A stretch of DNA of 64,000 nt from an uncultured Candidatus Saccharibacteria bacterium (GCA_964650475.1 CAZYRK010000002.1:12087-76086); one strand, 5' to 3'; positions 9,527 through 19,989 are shown, counted from the stretch's first letter. Program-made: numbers and translations. The notes: generated by a model from the sequence alone, not told the origin.

Positions 9527-11674
9527 TTACTTGCGTGATGCGATAATATCCAGCGCCACGTTCTGAGGCACGGTCTCGTAGTGATCGAATTCCATAGTCA
9601 TAGAACCTCGACCTTCCGTCATAGAACGCAAAATCGTTGTGTATCCAAACATTTCCGCAAGCGGTACCTTTGCATGAATCGCTTTGTTTATACCTCGGTC
9701 TTCCATTCCTTCTATCGCTCCGCGCTTCCCTGAAAGGTTTCCGGTGATGTCACCCATAAACTCCTCCGGAACAATAACCTCAACCTCCATTACAGGCTCG
9801 AGCAGTACCGGCTTTGCTTTTTGCACAGCCTCGTGGAAAGCCTGTGACGCTGCGATTTTGAAAGCAATCTCAGACGAGTCCACTTCATGGTATGAACCGT
9901 CGTACAGCTCAACAGAAACGTCAACAATCGGGTAACCTGCGAGCACACCCCTGTCCAAACCTTCACGAATTCCTTTTTCTACAGCCGGAATATATTCCTG
10001 CGGAATAACACCTCCCTTAATACTGTTGATGAATTCGAAATGGTCTTCGCGTTTAATATTTTTCGGAACCTTTGCACCTTCTTCAATCGGCTCAAGCGGT
10101 TTAATGCGAATTTTCACATGCCCGTACTGGCCACGCCCACCGGTCTGTTTGATGTATTTATTTTCAACTTCCGCAGAAGTCTTGATAGCTTCACGGTACG
10201 CTACCTGTGGCTTGCCAACATTTGCTTCAACATTAAACTCTCGCTTCATACGGTCAACAAGAATGTCGAGGTGAAGCTCGCCCATACCTGCGATAATAGT
10301 CTCCATAGTTTCATCATCTGTTGAAACACGGAACGTCGGATCTTCATCGGATAGTTTGTGAAGAGCGATTCCAAGCTTTTCCTGATCGGCTTTGGTCTTC
10401 GGCTCAATACGCAAAGAAACAACCGGCTCCGGAAAGATTATCTCTTCCAAAACAATCGGGTGCGCTTCGTCACAAAGAGTATGAGATGTTTTTGTATCTT
10501 TCAGTCCAACCGCCGCCGCAATCTCACCGGCAAAAACCTTTTTTACTTCCTCACGCTTGTCCGCTTGAAGTCGCACGATACGCCCGATGCGCTCTTTGGT
10601 TCCCGTATTTGCATTGTATACATACGAACCAGCCTCAAGCGTCCCTGCGTAGACACGAAAGAAAGTAAGTGTCCCAACGAAAGGGTCGGTTTGGATTTTG
10701 AATGCGAGCGCTGTGAACGGTTCGTCATCTGATGGTTTACGCTCGATTTCTTCACCGCTCTTCGGGTCTATACCTTTAACTGGTGGCAAGTCTACAGGCG
10801 ATGGAAGATAGTCCGCAACAGCATCGAGCACCGGCTGTACACCTTTGTTTTTCAAAGCAGAGCCCGTAAACACAGGAAAGATTTCATTTGAAATTACAGC
10901 TTTACGAAGAGCGCTCTTAAGCTCTTCAAGAGAAGGCTCGTTTCCTTCAAGATAAGCGCTCATAAGATTTTCGTCTTGCTCTACAATACGCTCAACCAAT
11001 TCTGCTCGGTACTTCTTTGCATCTTCTTTTAGATTTTCCGGCACCTCAATAATCACAACTTCTTCACCCATGTTTCCTTCGAAATGAAAAGCCTTCATTG
11101 TGAGCAGATCTACAGCTCCTTCATGTTCGCCTTCCTCACCTATCGGTATTTGCATACGCACCGCTTTTTTGGAAAGACGGTCTTCAATGCTTTTATATGA
11201 ACGCTCGAACGACGCTCCAGTACGATCGAGTTTATTTATGAAACACAATCGAGGAACATTTGCATCGTCTGCGTAGCGCCAGTTTGTTTCTGTTTGCGGT
11301 TCAACACCTGAAACACCGTCGAAAACAACGACAGCACCATCGAGTACACGCATAGAACGCTGAACCTCTGCGGTAAAGTCGATGTGCCCTGGGGTGTCAA
11401 TAATATTAAAACGGAACTTCTTGGACATATCTTTTTTATCCATTTCATCTGTCTTGCTCCAGAAGCATGTAATGGCAGCGGAGGTTATTGTGATACCTCG
11501 CTCACGTTCCTGCTCCATCCAGTCTGTTGTTGTTTCTCCTTCATGAACTTCACCAATTTTGTGTTGGCTACCTGTATAGAAAAGAACACGTTCAGATGTA
11601 GTTGTTTTACCGGCGTCAATATGTGCAATGATGCCGAAGTTGCGTACTTTTTCAAGCGGATAATCTCGATTCAT
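9527..11674 (-). CDS. fusA: Elongation factor G
   Basis: [27 protein letters not shown]. Confidence 0.99.
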   Translation of the reverse strand: MNRDYPLEKVRNFGIIAHIDAGKTTTSERVLFYTGSQHKIGEVHEGETTTDWMEQERERGITITSAAITCFWSKTDEMDKKDMSKKFRFNIIDTPGHIDFTAEVQRSMRVLDGAVVVFDGVSGVEPQTETNWRYADDANVPRLCFINKLDRTGASFERSYKSIEDRLSKKAVRMQIPIGEEGEHEGAVDLLTMKAFHFEGNMGEEVVIIEVPENLKEDAKKYRAELVERIVEQDENLMSAYLEGNEPSLEELKSALRKAVISNEIFPVFTGSALKNKGVQPVLDAVADYLPSPVDLPPVKGIDPKSGEEIERKPSDDEPFTALAFKIQTDPFVGTLTFFRVYAGTLEAGSYVYNANTGTKERIGRIVRLQADKREEVKKVFAGEIAAAVGLKDTKTSHTLCDEAHPIVLEEIIFPEPVVSLRIEPKTKADQEKLGIALHKLSDEDPTFRVSTDDETMETIIAGMGELHLDILVDRMKREFNVEANVGKPQVAYREAIKTSAEVENKYIKQTGGRGQYGHVKIRIKPLEPIEEGAKVPKNIKREDHFEFINSIKGGVIPQEYIPAVEKGIREGLDRGVLAGYPIVDVSVELYDGSYHEVDSSEIAFKIAASQAFHEAVQKAKPVLLEPVMEVEVIVPEEFMGDITGNLSGKRGAIEGMEDRGINKAIHAKVPLAEMFGYTTILRSMTEGRGSMTMEFDHYETVPQNVALDIIASRK

Positions 11675-11876
11675 AGATAATTGTTACAAAAAATAAGATG
11701 CTCCGACGGTTTTACCAAAACGCTTACACATATGAAAACATATTATCTTTCCATACAACAAGCGAGTGGCTAAAAAGACCGCCAAAAGCGTTGCTTAGAG
11801 GATAACCTAACTACCATAAAATGCAATCTTATATACAAAAATTGTCCGAAGCAACCGAAACGCATACTGTTTTCCT

Positions 11877-12281
11877 TTAGTGATTTAGCTTCCCGCTAGG
11901 GTCAATATGTGTAATACAGAAAAATTGTTGTTTTTGATAACCAAACACGCGAAACAGCTTGTCTGACTCGACACGAAAATGAAAATAATACTGTTCCATA
12001 AGATTACCCTCATAAGTGCTCTGCGTACTTATTAAATTGAAGTTTGGAGCTCCTTGTTTTTCAAACGTTAGCCCCTTTTTTCTTGAGAGATTCGCAAACT
12101 GCTTCCATGTTAATTTTTCCACATATTGCAGTTTGTGTAAAAAAATTTTTGCTTGCTCCTTATTTAAGGGCCAGAACGAATACTTTTTATCAAGCGAGCA
12201 GTCACTTATGGAAAAACAAATTTTTTCTTCTGCGTATTCAAGATTAATTTTTGTTGATACGTCGTGTTCGTCCATAGGCAA
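11877..12281 (-). CDS. Putative toxin paired with Panacea antitoxin (possibly RelE-like ribonuclease)
   Basis: Small ORF directly after the DUF4065 gene; C-terminal HFRV..FRVFG..F....IDP...H pattern; start uncertain. Confidence 0.55.
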   Translation of the reverse strand: MPMDEHDVSTKINLEYAEEKICFSISDCSLDKKYSFWPLNKEQAKIFLHKLQYVEKLTWKQFANLSRKKGLTFEKQGAPNFNLISTQSTYEGNLMEQYYFHFRVESDKLFRVFGYQKQQFFCITHIDPSGKLNH

Positions 12282-12294
12282 GGAAAAACCCGAC

Positions 12295-12759
12295 CTATTT
12301 ATTCAATAACGGGCTGTAATACTCTTTAAGGGCTTTGTTTGAAATGATTTGACTCGATGTTTTGTTTGCTTCTTTCCATGGAGTATGAGCATGGGTAATA
12401 TTAACGAGCTTGCTTGCGGAATAACCACCGAAAGTGTTCCAGATTATTTGAACAACTTTTTTATCCTCTTCGGAAAGCGATGACTTGCCGTCATCAATAA
12501 TCGGATTACTGCCATTACTTCGATATTTTTTATAAACACGCGAAACAACCGGTCCGTACTCCCACGCTTCAATATCATCAGAAAAAAGTGCCCTACCTAA
12601 TTTTGCAATATAATATGCCTGCGCAAAATATAATATCTTTTGTAATTTAAGATTTGTGATTCCTTCGCGTTCCTGATTATCGCCGACAAGCTCTTTTGAA
12701 GCGAGATGGATGAAATATTTTGCAACATTGTCGGCTGTGTAAGTTATTTTTTTAGCCAT
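12295..12759 (-). CDS. Panacea/SocA-like antitoxin (DUF4065)
   Basis: ITNLKLQKILYFAQ, EAWEYGPV, L...TH...PW; start reset to MAKK. Confidence 0.9.
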   Translation of the reverse strand: MAKKITYTADNVAKYFIHLASKELVGDNQEREGITNLKLQKILYFAQAYYIAKLGRALFSDDIEAWEYGPVVSRVYKKYRSNGSNPIIDDGKSSLSEEDKKVVQIIWNTFGGYSASKLVNITHAHTPWKEANKTSSQIISNKALKEYYSPLLNK

Positions 12760-12860
12760 ATATAAACTATATCTTGCTGAGTAACAAAAGCCAACAAAAT
12801 CCCGGCAATCATCATTGTGCATAAGTAAAGCGCGCGTAGTTATATATTGTTCAGCACACC

Positions 12861-12898
12861 GGGCTACTTAGGGGTCGCCCCCCCCTAAGTAGCCCGGG
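12861..12898. repeat. 38-bp palindromic direct repeat, copy 1 (REP-like)
   Basis: gggctacttaggggtcgcccccccctaagtagcccggg; second copy at 13363-13400. Confidence 0.9.
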
Positions 12899-12905
12899 AT
12901 GTTTA

Positions 12906-13100
12906 CTATTTTTTACTTATGCCTATTATACCGAGGTCATTACAAATTTTTTTCGCAAGAAAGTTATTTATCTCATTATGTCTTGGAACGGTGGATAATT
13001 TTTTAATGGTTGGATTGAGATACACGCTATGCTTTGCACCCTCCCGCAAAAATATACACCCACATTTTATAAGATGTTTTATGAGGTCAGTCCTTTTCAT
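12906..13100 (-). CDS. HicA-family toxin
   Basis: 64 aa, REGAKHSVY...TVPRHNEI...KKICNDLGI. Confidence 0.9.
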   Translation of the reverse strand: MKRTDLIKHLIKCGCIFLREGAKHSVYLNPTIKKLSTVPRHNEINNFLAKKICNDLGIIGISKK

Positions 13101-13318
13101 TAGATGGAGACAATGAGATTCTCTTTTATAATTTTTTGCTTGCTATTTGACTTATACATCAAACGGTTTGTCTCCAGCACCAAAAAAAGTGCGTCTTTAA
13201 GATTTTCTTTTGTCTCACTCAGTGTGGCACCTTGAGTATTCACGCCGGGGACTTCTTCAATCCACCCAGAGTACCACTTTCCATCTTTTTTATAGTTTGC
13301 TGTAAATTGTCTTTTCAT
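13100..13318 (-). CDS. HicB-family antitoxin (short, no DNA-binding domain)
   Basis: IEEVPGVNTQGATLSETKENLKDAL; start reset to MKRQF. Confidence 0.9.
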   Translation of the reverse strand: MKRQFTANYKKDGKWYSGWIEEVPGVNTQGATLSETKENLKDALFLVLETNRLMYKSNSKQKIIKENLIVSI

Positions 13319-13362
13319 ATACATAGTATACATTACATTAATATATAGATGCGAGCCCACGG

Positions 13363-13400
13363 GGGTTACTTAGGGGTCGCCCCCCCCTAAGTAACCCGGG
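13363..13400. repeat. 38-bp palindromic direct repeat, copy 2 (REP-like)
   Basis: gggttacttaggggtcgcccccccctaagtaacccggg; compensatory C-G to T-A change relative to copy 1. Confidence 0.9.
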
Positions 13401-13406
13401 GTGTGA

Positions 13407-13737
13407 TTATTGTCTGGCGTAGCACCCCATAAGCTCCGCGACTGTGATTATGTGCCCCTGCATTTCTGAAAGTACAGTGTCTTTTGTTACCCTTTCTTTA
13501 AGAGAAAGATTTGTATCAAGTGCGTACAGGCTGAAAAAATAACGATGCTCTTTCGGCTCATACTGCGGTGGCGGGCAATGTCCGGTATAGCCATTTTTGC
13601 CGGAACCGTTTGCCCCTTGTGTTCCAAGAATGGTGCCTACGGACAATTGAAAGCGGTGGAGATATGTTTTCACCATCGCACGTGTAGCGCTCGGGGATAT
13701 AATCACCATTTGAGAATGCGGTTGAGACGAGTGCCGT
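13407..13737 (-). pseudogene. YbhB/YbcL (PEBP/RKIP-like) pseudogene
   Basis: STAFSNGDYIPERYTCDGENISPPL and GYTGHCPP..HRYFFSLYALD are in different frames; the central DPDAP/HW segment is missing; ACG at the expected start. Confidence 0.8.
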
Positions 13738-13762
13738 TTGTATATGTTTATGTTAGCCCAAC

Positions 13763-13797
13763 GAAAGGGGCGCGCGACAAAGTCGCGCGCCCCTTTC
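13763..13797. repeat. Perfect 16-bp hairpin with c-AAA-g loop downstream of rpsG
   Basis: gaaaggggcgcgcgac-aaa-gtcgcgcgcccctttc. Confidence 0.85.
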
Positions 13798-13821
13798 CCT
13801 TTTTAGTGCCTTTCACTTACT

Positions 13822-14301
13822 CTACCAAGCAAAGTGCGCAAAAGCCTTGTTTGACTCCGCCATGCGGTGCATGTCGTCTTTCTTTTTAACTGCGTCTCCT
13901 TCACCTTTAGCCGCGAGCAGAAGCTCTTCTGCGAGTTTTTCAGACATTGGTCGTCCTTTTTTGTTGCGTGCTCCGTTTATTATCCAACGAAAAGCCAGTG
14001 CGAGTCTGCGCTGTTGCGGAACTTCGCGAGGAACCTGATAGTTTGCACCACCTACACGACGAGAACGAACCTCCATAAGAGGAGAAACATTGCGTATCGC
14101 CATTTCAAAAGTTTCAAGCGCGTCAATCTTTGTTCCCTCTTCGTTTTTAAAGTCGAGACTTCCAAGAGCATCGTACACAACCTTGCGTGCGATATCTTTC
14201 TTTCCGTCCAACATAACAGCGTTAATGAAACGGGTAAGCGTTTCAGAACCGTATTTAAGATCGGGGTTCCATGTGCGGGGATTTTTAATTGGGTGTCTCA
14301 T
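13822..14301 (-). CDS. rpsG: 30S ribosomal protein S7
   Basis: EVRSRRVGGANYQVP, HRMAESNKAFAH. Confidence 0.98.
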   Translation of the reverse strand: MRHPIKNPRTWNPDLKYGSETLTRFINAVMLDGKKDIARKVVYDALGSLDFKNEEGTKIDALETFEMAIRNVSPLMEVRSRRVGGANYQVPREVPQQRRLALAFRWIINGARNKKGRPMSEKLAEELLLAAKGEGDAVKKKDDMHRMAESNKAFAHFAW

Positions 14302-14310
14302 ATTAAAATA

Positions 14311-14718
14311 TTAGTTCGGTTTTTTAGCTCCGTATCGTGAGCGTCCGCGACGGCGCTTGTCTACACCAGCAGCGTCGAGTTTACCTCGAACGATAGTGTA
14401 TTGCACGCCGATGTCTTTAACGCGACCACCGCGAAGAAGCACAACGGAGTGTTCCTGAAGGTTGTGACCTTCTCCCGGTACATACGCGGTAACTTCCATA
14501 CCGTTTGTAAGACGTACACGTGCGATTTTTCGAATAGCAGAGTTCGGTTTGCGAGGAGTCTTTGTGGTTACTTTTGTACACACACCTCTTTTAAAAGGAG
14601 ATGGGTAATTCGTCGGTCGGTTTTTAAGAGCATTGAAACCACGCGAAAGCGCAACGACTTTTGTCTTGCGGGTTTTGTTTTTGCGTGGCTTGTGTGAAAG
14701 CTGATTGATTGTTGACAT
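14311..14718 (-). CDS. rpsL: 30S ribosomal protein S12
   Basis: [25 protein letters not shown]. Confidence 0.98.
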   Translation of the reverse strand: MSTINQLSHKPRKNKTRKTKVVALSRGFNALKNRPTNYPSPFKRGVCTKVTTKTPRKPNSAIRKIARVRLTNGMEVTAYVPGEGHNLQEHSVVLLRGGRVKDIGVQYTIVRGKLDAAGVDKRRRGRSRYGAKKPN

Positions 14719-14977
14719 TTCGAATATAAAAACCCCACAAAGGGCTTGCGAGCACTATATATGATATGCGAAGGAATTGCAACGTCACGGCTTGCCGACA
14801 CTACAAAACCCGATAGTCAGTTAGGATTTAATATTAAAACTATTACAATTTTTTGTCACTATATCTGCCACGCAACTAAGGTGTGTAACTTAATTGCCAG
14901 CACGAAACAGAAACAAAACATATTGTGGATAATCACACTACTTTTATTGACTAAAAAATATCATTAATATAATATTC

Positions 14978-15030
14978 AAGATACGAAATGCCGGGGAGCG
15001 AGCGTGATGCCGCGATCCGGTTTTTCTATT
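14978..15030 (+). ncRNA. Candidate small structured RNA convergent on the DUF3800 gene
   Basis: TTGACT-15-TATAAT at 14947-14973, then GC-rich stem-loop gccgggga-gcg-a-gcgtgatgc-cgc-gatccggt followed by a T tract. Confidence 0.4.
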
Positions 15031-15039
15031 TGTTTTTGC

Positions 15040-15828
15040 TCAAGGTAATACTTTTATTGCCTCGACCTTATCAAGGAACCTCTTTTTTAAAACTTTGGCA
15101 TTTCTGGGCGCACGAAATATTTTTTTATTAAGTATTCGCAACATAATTTCTTCATAAGAGTTTTTCTTAATTTTCTTTTTAAGATATTTACATTTAATCG
15201 CATATGCGAACAAATCCGCAATTTGCTCCTCTATATCATGATTCTTTTTTGAAACAAAGGATATTGAAGTTATTGTCTCTTGAACTTTTTTATATGATAC
15301 TTTTGGTACAGTGAGTCCCTCTGATAGAAAATACCCGAGTGCGCGATGAAAATAAAAATCTTTTTCTGCTGTCGCGCTTTCAATAACAACCTCTCCGCGT
15401 GAATCATGAGAAAGCAATATCAATATGAAATTGCGAATCATTGATTTTGCCGTTTCTTTGTAGATTTTTGTTTCGTCCCAACCTAATTTTTTGGTTTTCT
15501 CCTTATCAACAATTGCAAAAAACATTTTGAATTTCGAGTCGATCAAAAGAGCCTCGAGATCATGCAAGAAGTTTTTGTGAATATCCTTGCCTCTTAAAAT
15601 TGCAAATTCGCCATCTCTACGTCCAATTTCACGTGAGTGAAAAATTATATCTGTGTGTCCCCAATATTTAAACTTAATTTAATCTGCGAATATTTTTATG
15701 CGCGCTCGCTCAGAATCACTAACCGAGCAGCAAGACAAAACATACAAAGGGGAAGGATGTTTATAGCTTGCATGTCCGAGCTCATCTATAAATAGTTTGT
15801 ATGCGATTTTGTCAAAATGGTTTGTCAT
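15040..15828 (-). pseudogene. DUF3800-family protein with in-frame TAA at 15679-15681
   Basis: Manual translation MTNH..LFIDELG..FAD*IKFKYWG..FHSREI continues in frame into the listed ORF with QIADLFAY. Confidence 0.75.
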
Positions 15829-16099
15829 AACAAGACAATATATATAATATCAGCAGTATCCAAACATCTCTAATTTAAGTCTAGAAATATAAATATTGGT
15901 AGCTGGTAGAAAACTGCGACAAAAAAACAATGCTATTTTAGCCCTTTATTGAAAGGGCTTTTCTCGCGGTTTTTGAAACAGCCATTGCTTCATATTATCC
16001 TTATATAATCAATTTTACTCATATTGGCTGAAAGATTATCCACCTATGTTCTAAAAAGGGTGTCGCATGTACACCATAAAGATATTAAAATGTAAACCA

Positions 16100-18835
16100 A
16101 TGCGCGCACATAAGCCCCTACTCTTTTCACTCGCAGTTTTTATCTTTGCTGTTTTGGTAGGCGTGCCTCAAGTCTCTCGGGCAGATACAAATCCAAATAT
16201 TCCACAATGCCCAAGATTCGAAAAAACCGGGCTGCGCTGGACAAATCCAGACCCGCATCGAAACACTTTCAATCAGACTTTTCCTAAAATAGATATGACT
16301 GGGGATATTTTTATATCTAATTATCCTGGTATTTTTATGCAGGACGGTGGCACGTACTCTTTTCCTTTTCATATACCCAGTTTTGGTTATGTGGTTATTG
16401 CAGGTACAAACTGTTCCAAAACAAAAGGCGACCTGTACTTTCTTCCGAAAGATTCCAGCGCACGCCAATTCGTAACGAGCTTCCATGGAGCCGGAGATAT
16501 TTTTGGGGGTTCACCTTACAGCCCACCGGACATTACTTATTTCCAATGGAAAAAATCCGGGCAATACGAGCTTGATATCCAAGAAAAGAATTCTGACACC
16601 GGCACATATGCGCTTACAAAAACCATTCACTTTACAGCAATAAACACCGACAACCCTTGCTCTGCCCCCAATTCCTGTTTTGACAATGTTCTTTTTATCC
16701 CGGGCACCGAAGCGAGCAGACTGTACTACAAAGACGGTTTTGGTGAACACCAAGTATGGGAACCGGATTTTTATACCGATATACCGTACCTAGAAATGAA
16801 CCAAGACGGCACGAGCAAACACACGCTGTACACGAAAGACATTATCGGGAGTTTGTATGGGAACACTACGGTCGAGAAAAAGATTGCTCTGCAATACTTA
16901 AACCAGGACGGAGTACAGGTCTACGGAAACTTCGAAAAGTTTATGAACGGGCTCGTAGCTTCAAGCACAATTAAGCAATGGTCTGCTTACCCCTACGACT
17001 GGCGCTACAGCGCGGACGACATTGTAAACAACGGAACTCTCACAGAAATGCCAAACGGCACCTTAAAACGCGTTTATATTGAAAAAGAGATCGAAAACCT
17101 TGCGTCAAGCTCCCCGACGGGGAAAGTAATGATTGTGGCACATTCAAATGGTGGTTTGGTTGCAAAAGAGCTTTTACAGAAACTCTCCAACGACGGCAAG
17201 CTAAAGCTTGTTGACAAGTTCGTTATGGTTGCCACTCCGCAATGGGGTACACCGGAAGCTATCGGCGTACTATTGCATGGAGACGGACAGACTCAAGCGC
17301 ACGGGCTTCTTATGAGCAGTGCCGAGACCCGAAGAGTAACAAAAACAATGCCCGGAGCTTACGACCTTTTGCCATCCTGGGAATATTTTCAGCAAATTAC
17401 TATTCCGGTTATCACTATCGATGCAAACGGCTCCGCCACAAACGACCTTGCAAAAGCTTTCGGAACAAAAATATCTTATTTCACAGAATTCGCAAATTTT
17501 CTTGAACACGGGTTTGGATATTTCCCCGCCCCGCAAGACACGGACACAGCACTGCGCACACCTATAGCTCTTTCCAAAAAACTCATCGATAAAGCAAAAG
17601 ACATGCATTTTCTTATAGACGTAGCGACCAGATGGTCGGATCTTTACGGTATCGACGTAACAGCGATAGCAGGCTGGGGGCAAAACACAGTAAAAACACT
17701 GGCGTACTCTACCGGGCAAAAAACAATCTGCACAAACCTCACCGCCGATGTTATAAACGCTTTTGAACCTCCGTGCCATACCTACTATTATCTCGAACAC
17801 ACACCGGTAACAACCCAAGGTGGAGACGGCACCGTCGTTTATCAAAGTGCTGTTGGAAATATTATTCACGAGTTGTTTTTTGATTCTTTTCTTTTCAAGA
17901 AAATCTTCCACGAGAAAATAGTCCACCAAAACATAACCTCCGCACCGCCAATACAAAATGTAATTAAAGACATTCTTACAAACAAAAAAGTACAGAAAAC
18001 AAACTACATAACAAAAACAAAACCTTCTTCCGGTGAAACTTTCCACGAAATCCGTATAAGCTCTCATTCTCCGGTAAATATTCTTATAACTTCCGCAAAC
18101 GGGGAACAGAGCGGTGTTGTCCATATTCCCGGCACAGACTTCTCTGGAACAAAAATGGATATTCTAGGAAGCTCCGTGCAGGTTTTCGATACAGAAGAGT
18201 ATGTAAGCCTTCCAAAAAATGGAAACTATAAAGTGGTTGCGCGGGGTCACGGAAACGGCACAGCAACAATACTTATTGAAACGATAGCCCAAGACGGAAC
18301 TGCGAGCACTACAAATACGTTTGCGGAAATTCCGACCACGGCAAGCTCCACCATTACTTTCTCCGTATCAAAAGGACAGCCTACAGCACCTATAATAGAC
18401 CTCACAGGAACCGGCAAACACACTTTTACCATACCTGTTGGCAACGACCCGCTCGCATATGTTCTTTATATGAAAAACGCGATTAAAGAAATGAATCTCT
18501 CTCGCGGTGAGCACTTTGTTATCAATGCAAAGCTCTCCGTGATAGAAATGCAGATAAAAAGCTCCAAAGAAACATCGCGATTTTTCAGAAAGGTGTGGCG
18601 AGGACACAGACCATACGGCAAACTGAGCGCCTGGCGAAACAAACAGATTAAATTTGAGCTTGCTGTTCTTACTCGCTATATCAACCACCAGTTTTCTCTT
18701 TCTGCGCGTATCGATAAAAATAAAGACATGCGCTCGCATCGGCACTTCGCCCGATACAATATGCAACCACACATAAGTGCGACGCAAGCTGAAACCATTA
18801 TCGATATGATCAACCGCCTAAAAAACTTAATCTAA
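16100..18835 (+). CDS. Large secreted alpha/beta-hydrolase (LCAT-like lipase/acyltransferase)
   Basis: Signal peptide; FIPGTEAS, YPYDWR, AHSNGG nucleophile elbow, ATPQWG, GDGTV. Confidence 0.85.
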   Translation: MRAHKPLLFSLAVFIFAVLVGVPQVSRADTNPNIPQCPRFEKTGLRWTNPDPHRNTFNQTFPKIDMTGDIFISNYPGIFMQDGGTYSFPFHIPSFGYVVIAGTNCSKTKGDLYFLPKDSSARQFVTSFHGAGDIFGGSPYSPPDITYFQWKKSGQYELDIQEKNSDTGTYALTKTIHFTAINTDNPCSAPNSCFDNVLFIPGTEASRLYYKDGFGEHQVWEPDFYTDIPYLEMNQDGTSKHTLYTKDIIGSLYGNTTVEKKIALQYLNQDGVQVYGNFEKFMNGLVASSTIKQWSAYPYDWRYSADDIVNNGTLTEMPNGTLKRVYIEKEIENLASSSPTGKVMIVAHSNGGLVAKELLQKLSNDGKLKLVDKFVMVATPQWGTPEAIGVLLHGDGQTQAHGLLMSSAETRRVTKTMPGAYDLLPSWEYFQQITIPVITIDANGSATNDLAKAFGTKISYFTEFANFLEHGFGYFPAPQDTDTALRTPIALSKKLIDKAKDMHFLIDVATRWSDLYGIDVTAIAGWGQNTVKTLAYSTGQKTICTNLTADVINAFEPPCHTYYYLEHTPVTTQGGDGTVVYQSAVGNIIHELFFDSFLFKKIFHEKIVHQNITSAPPIQNVIKDILTNKKVQKTNYITKTKPSSGETFHEIRISSHSPVNILITSANGEQSGVVHIPGTDFSGTKMDILGSSVQVFDTEEYVSLPKNGNYKVVARGHGNGTATILIETIAQDGTASTTNTFAEIPTTASSTITFSVSKGQPTAPIIDLTGTGKHTFTIPVGNDPLAYVLYMKNAIKEMNLSRGEHFVINAKLSVIEMQIKSSKETSRFFRKVWRGHRPYGKLSAWRNKQIKFELAVLTRYINHQFSLSARIDKNKDMRSHRHFARYNMQPHISATQAETIIDMINRLKNLI

Positions 18836-19301
18836 CTTTATGAAACTCTGGTATAAAAAATCTAGCCTTTTCATACTCGCCGGCATTTCGTATCTTGTCG
18901 GGCAGTATTTTAGAGGAGAATGGTGGCCTTTTTTCACATGGCCATTCAAATGCAATATGATAACTTCAGGAACCGCCATGTACTGCGACCCTAAATATAT
19001 GGACACTCTCGGCTTTCCTCTCATCGTCCTCGGACAGACGCTCGCTATCGTTGCGCTCATACTTTTGCTTGCAAACGAAAGTGCTTTTCGCAAATGGCTT
19101 CACTTTAGTTATTGGTATGTGCCTGTTGCAACAATACTCTCGTTTATGATGTATCCCGCCCATACCCCTCTTGGCGGAGAGGTTTCTATTTCGCAAGGTG
19201 TTTATTTGTTTGGGAGACCGTATGTTCTCATCACCGCCGGGATTGTAATTCTATATATTCTAAAATTCCTAAAGAGACAACTTCGGGAAAGGAGACTCCG
19301 A
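18791..19301 (+). repeat. 511-bp direct repeat, copy 1
   Basis: gaaaccattatcg...ggagactccga repeated at 19990-20500. Confidence 0.95.
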
Positions 19302-19316
19302 GTGAAGCGAGACTAG
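18840..19316 (+). CDS. Membrane protein (about 4 TM), copy 1
   Basis: Hydrophobic segments; starts 4 bp after the lipase stop. Confidence 0.8.
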   Translation: MKLWYKKSSLFILAGISYLVGQYFRGEWWPFFTWPFKCNMITSGTAMYCDPKYMDTLGFPLIVLGQTLAIVALILLLANESAFRKWLHFSYWYVPVATILSFMMYPAHTPLGGEVSISQGVYLFGRPYVLITAGIVILYILKFLKRQLRERRLRVKRD

Positions 19317-19428
19317 CCGAGAGTTAACAGAAGCCCAAAACAGAAGTGTTTTAACACTGGCGAACACTTTGCACAGAAAAACATACGCTCGATTCAAGTT
19401 TCCACCTCCATATGATAGGGTTTGATAT

Positions 19429-19743
19429 ATGAAGAATACTTTCAAAAAAGGGGTTTCCAGAGTTTTGATTTTTTTCGATACTGCGGAAAAAGTTTGGTAT
19501 GGGGTTGCTTTGGATTTTAATCTTATCGTTGACGGAAACGAACCGGAGACGGTTCGGAAAGACCTCCGGAATTTAATGCTCGACTATATCGACTCTGCAA
19601 AAAAGCTGGGGGACGAAAAACTTTTGAATAGAAAAATCGATAGTGAGTATGAAAAGATATGGAAAGAACTAGAAAAAGGAAACTTGGAAAAGAAGCTTTT
19701 GTCTCCATATCGGTTCTACTCTGCGAGTAAAGAATATGTCTAA
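19429..19743 (+). CDS. HicB-like antitoxin
   Basis: WYGVALDFNLIVDG.....R..L..L...Y pattern; overlaps downstream HicA. Confidence 0.65.
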   Translation: MKNTFKKGVSRVLIFFDTAEKVWYGVALDFNLIVDGNEPETVRKDLRNLMLDYIDSAKKLGDEKLLNRKIDSEYEKIWKELEKGNLEKKLLSPYRFYSASKEYV

Positions 19744-19975
19744 TTGTTATAAAAATTGGATTTTTATAGATATTAAAAAGTTTTTAGTTATAAACGATTT
19801 CAAATTGTTGAGACAAAAAGGAAGTCATGTTCATTTTTATAAAAAAGTACATGGAAAAACTTTTTTGGTTACGGTTCCATTCCATGGGAAGCAAAGCCTT
19901 AAAATAAAGACTATGAAAAATGTCATCGACAATTCACAAATTGATAAAGAAAAATGGTTTGAATTTAAAAAATAA
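19736..19975 (+). CDS. HicA-family toxin
   Basis: RQKGSHVHF...VTVPFH...KTMKNVI. Confidence 0.88.
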   Translation: MSNCYKNWIFIDIKKFLVINDFKLLRQKGSHVHFYKKVHGKTFLVTVPFHGKQSLKIKTMKNVIDNSQIDKEKWFEFKK

Positions 19976-19989
19976 GTAATTGCTCTTAA

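Noticed and set aside
12859-13400. Classical integron attC sites
   Set aside because: No clear RYYYAAC/GTTRRRY boxes with extrahelical bases and no intI in the window; kept only as REP-like cassette boundaries.
14925-16045. oriC from DnaA-box-like motifs (tgtggataa near 14925, ttatccac near 16035)
   Set aside because: Isolated boxes with no cluster and no dnaA/dnaN nearby.
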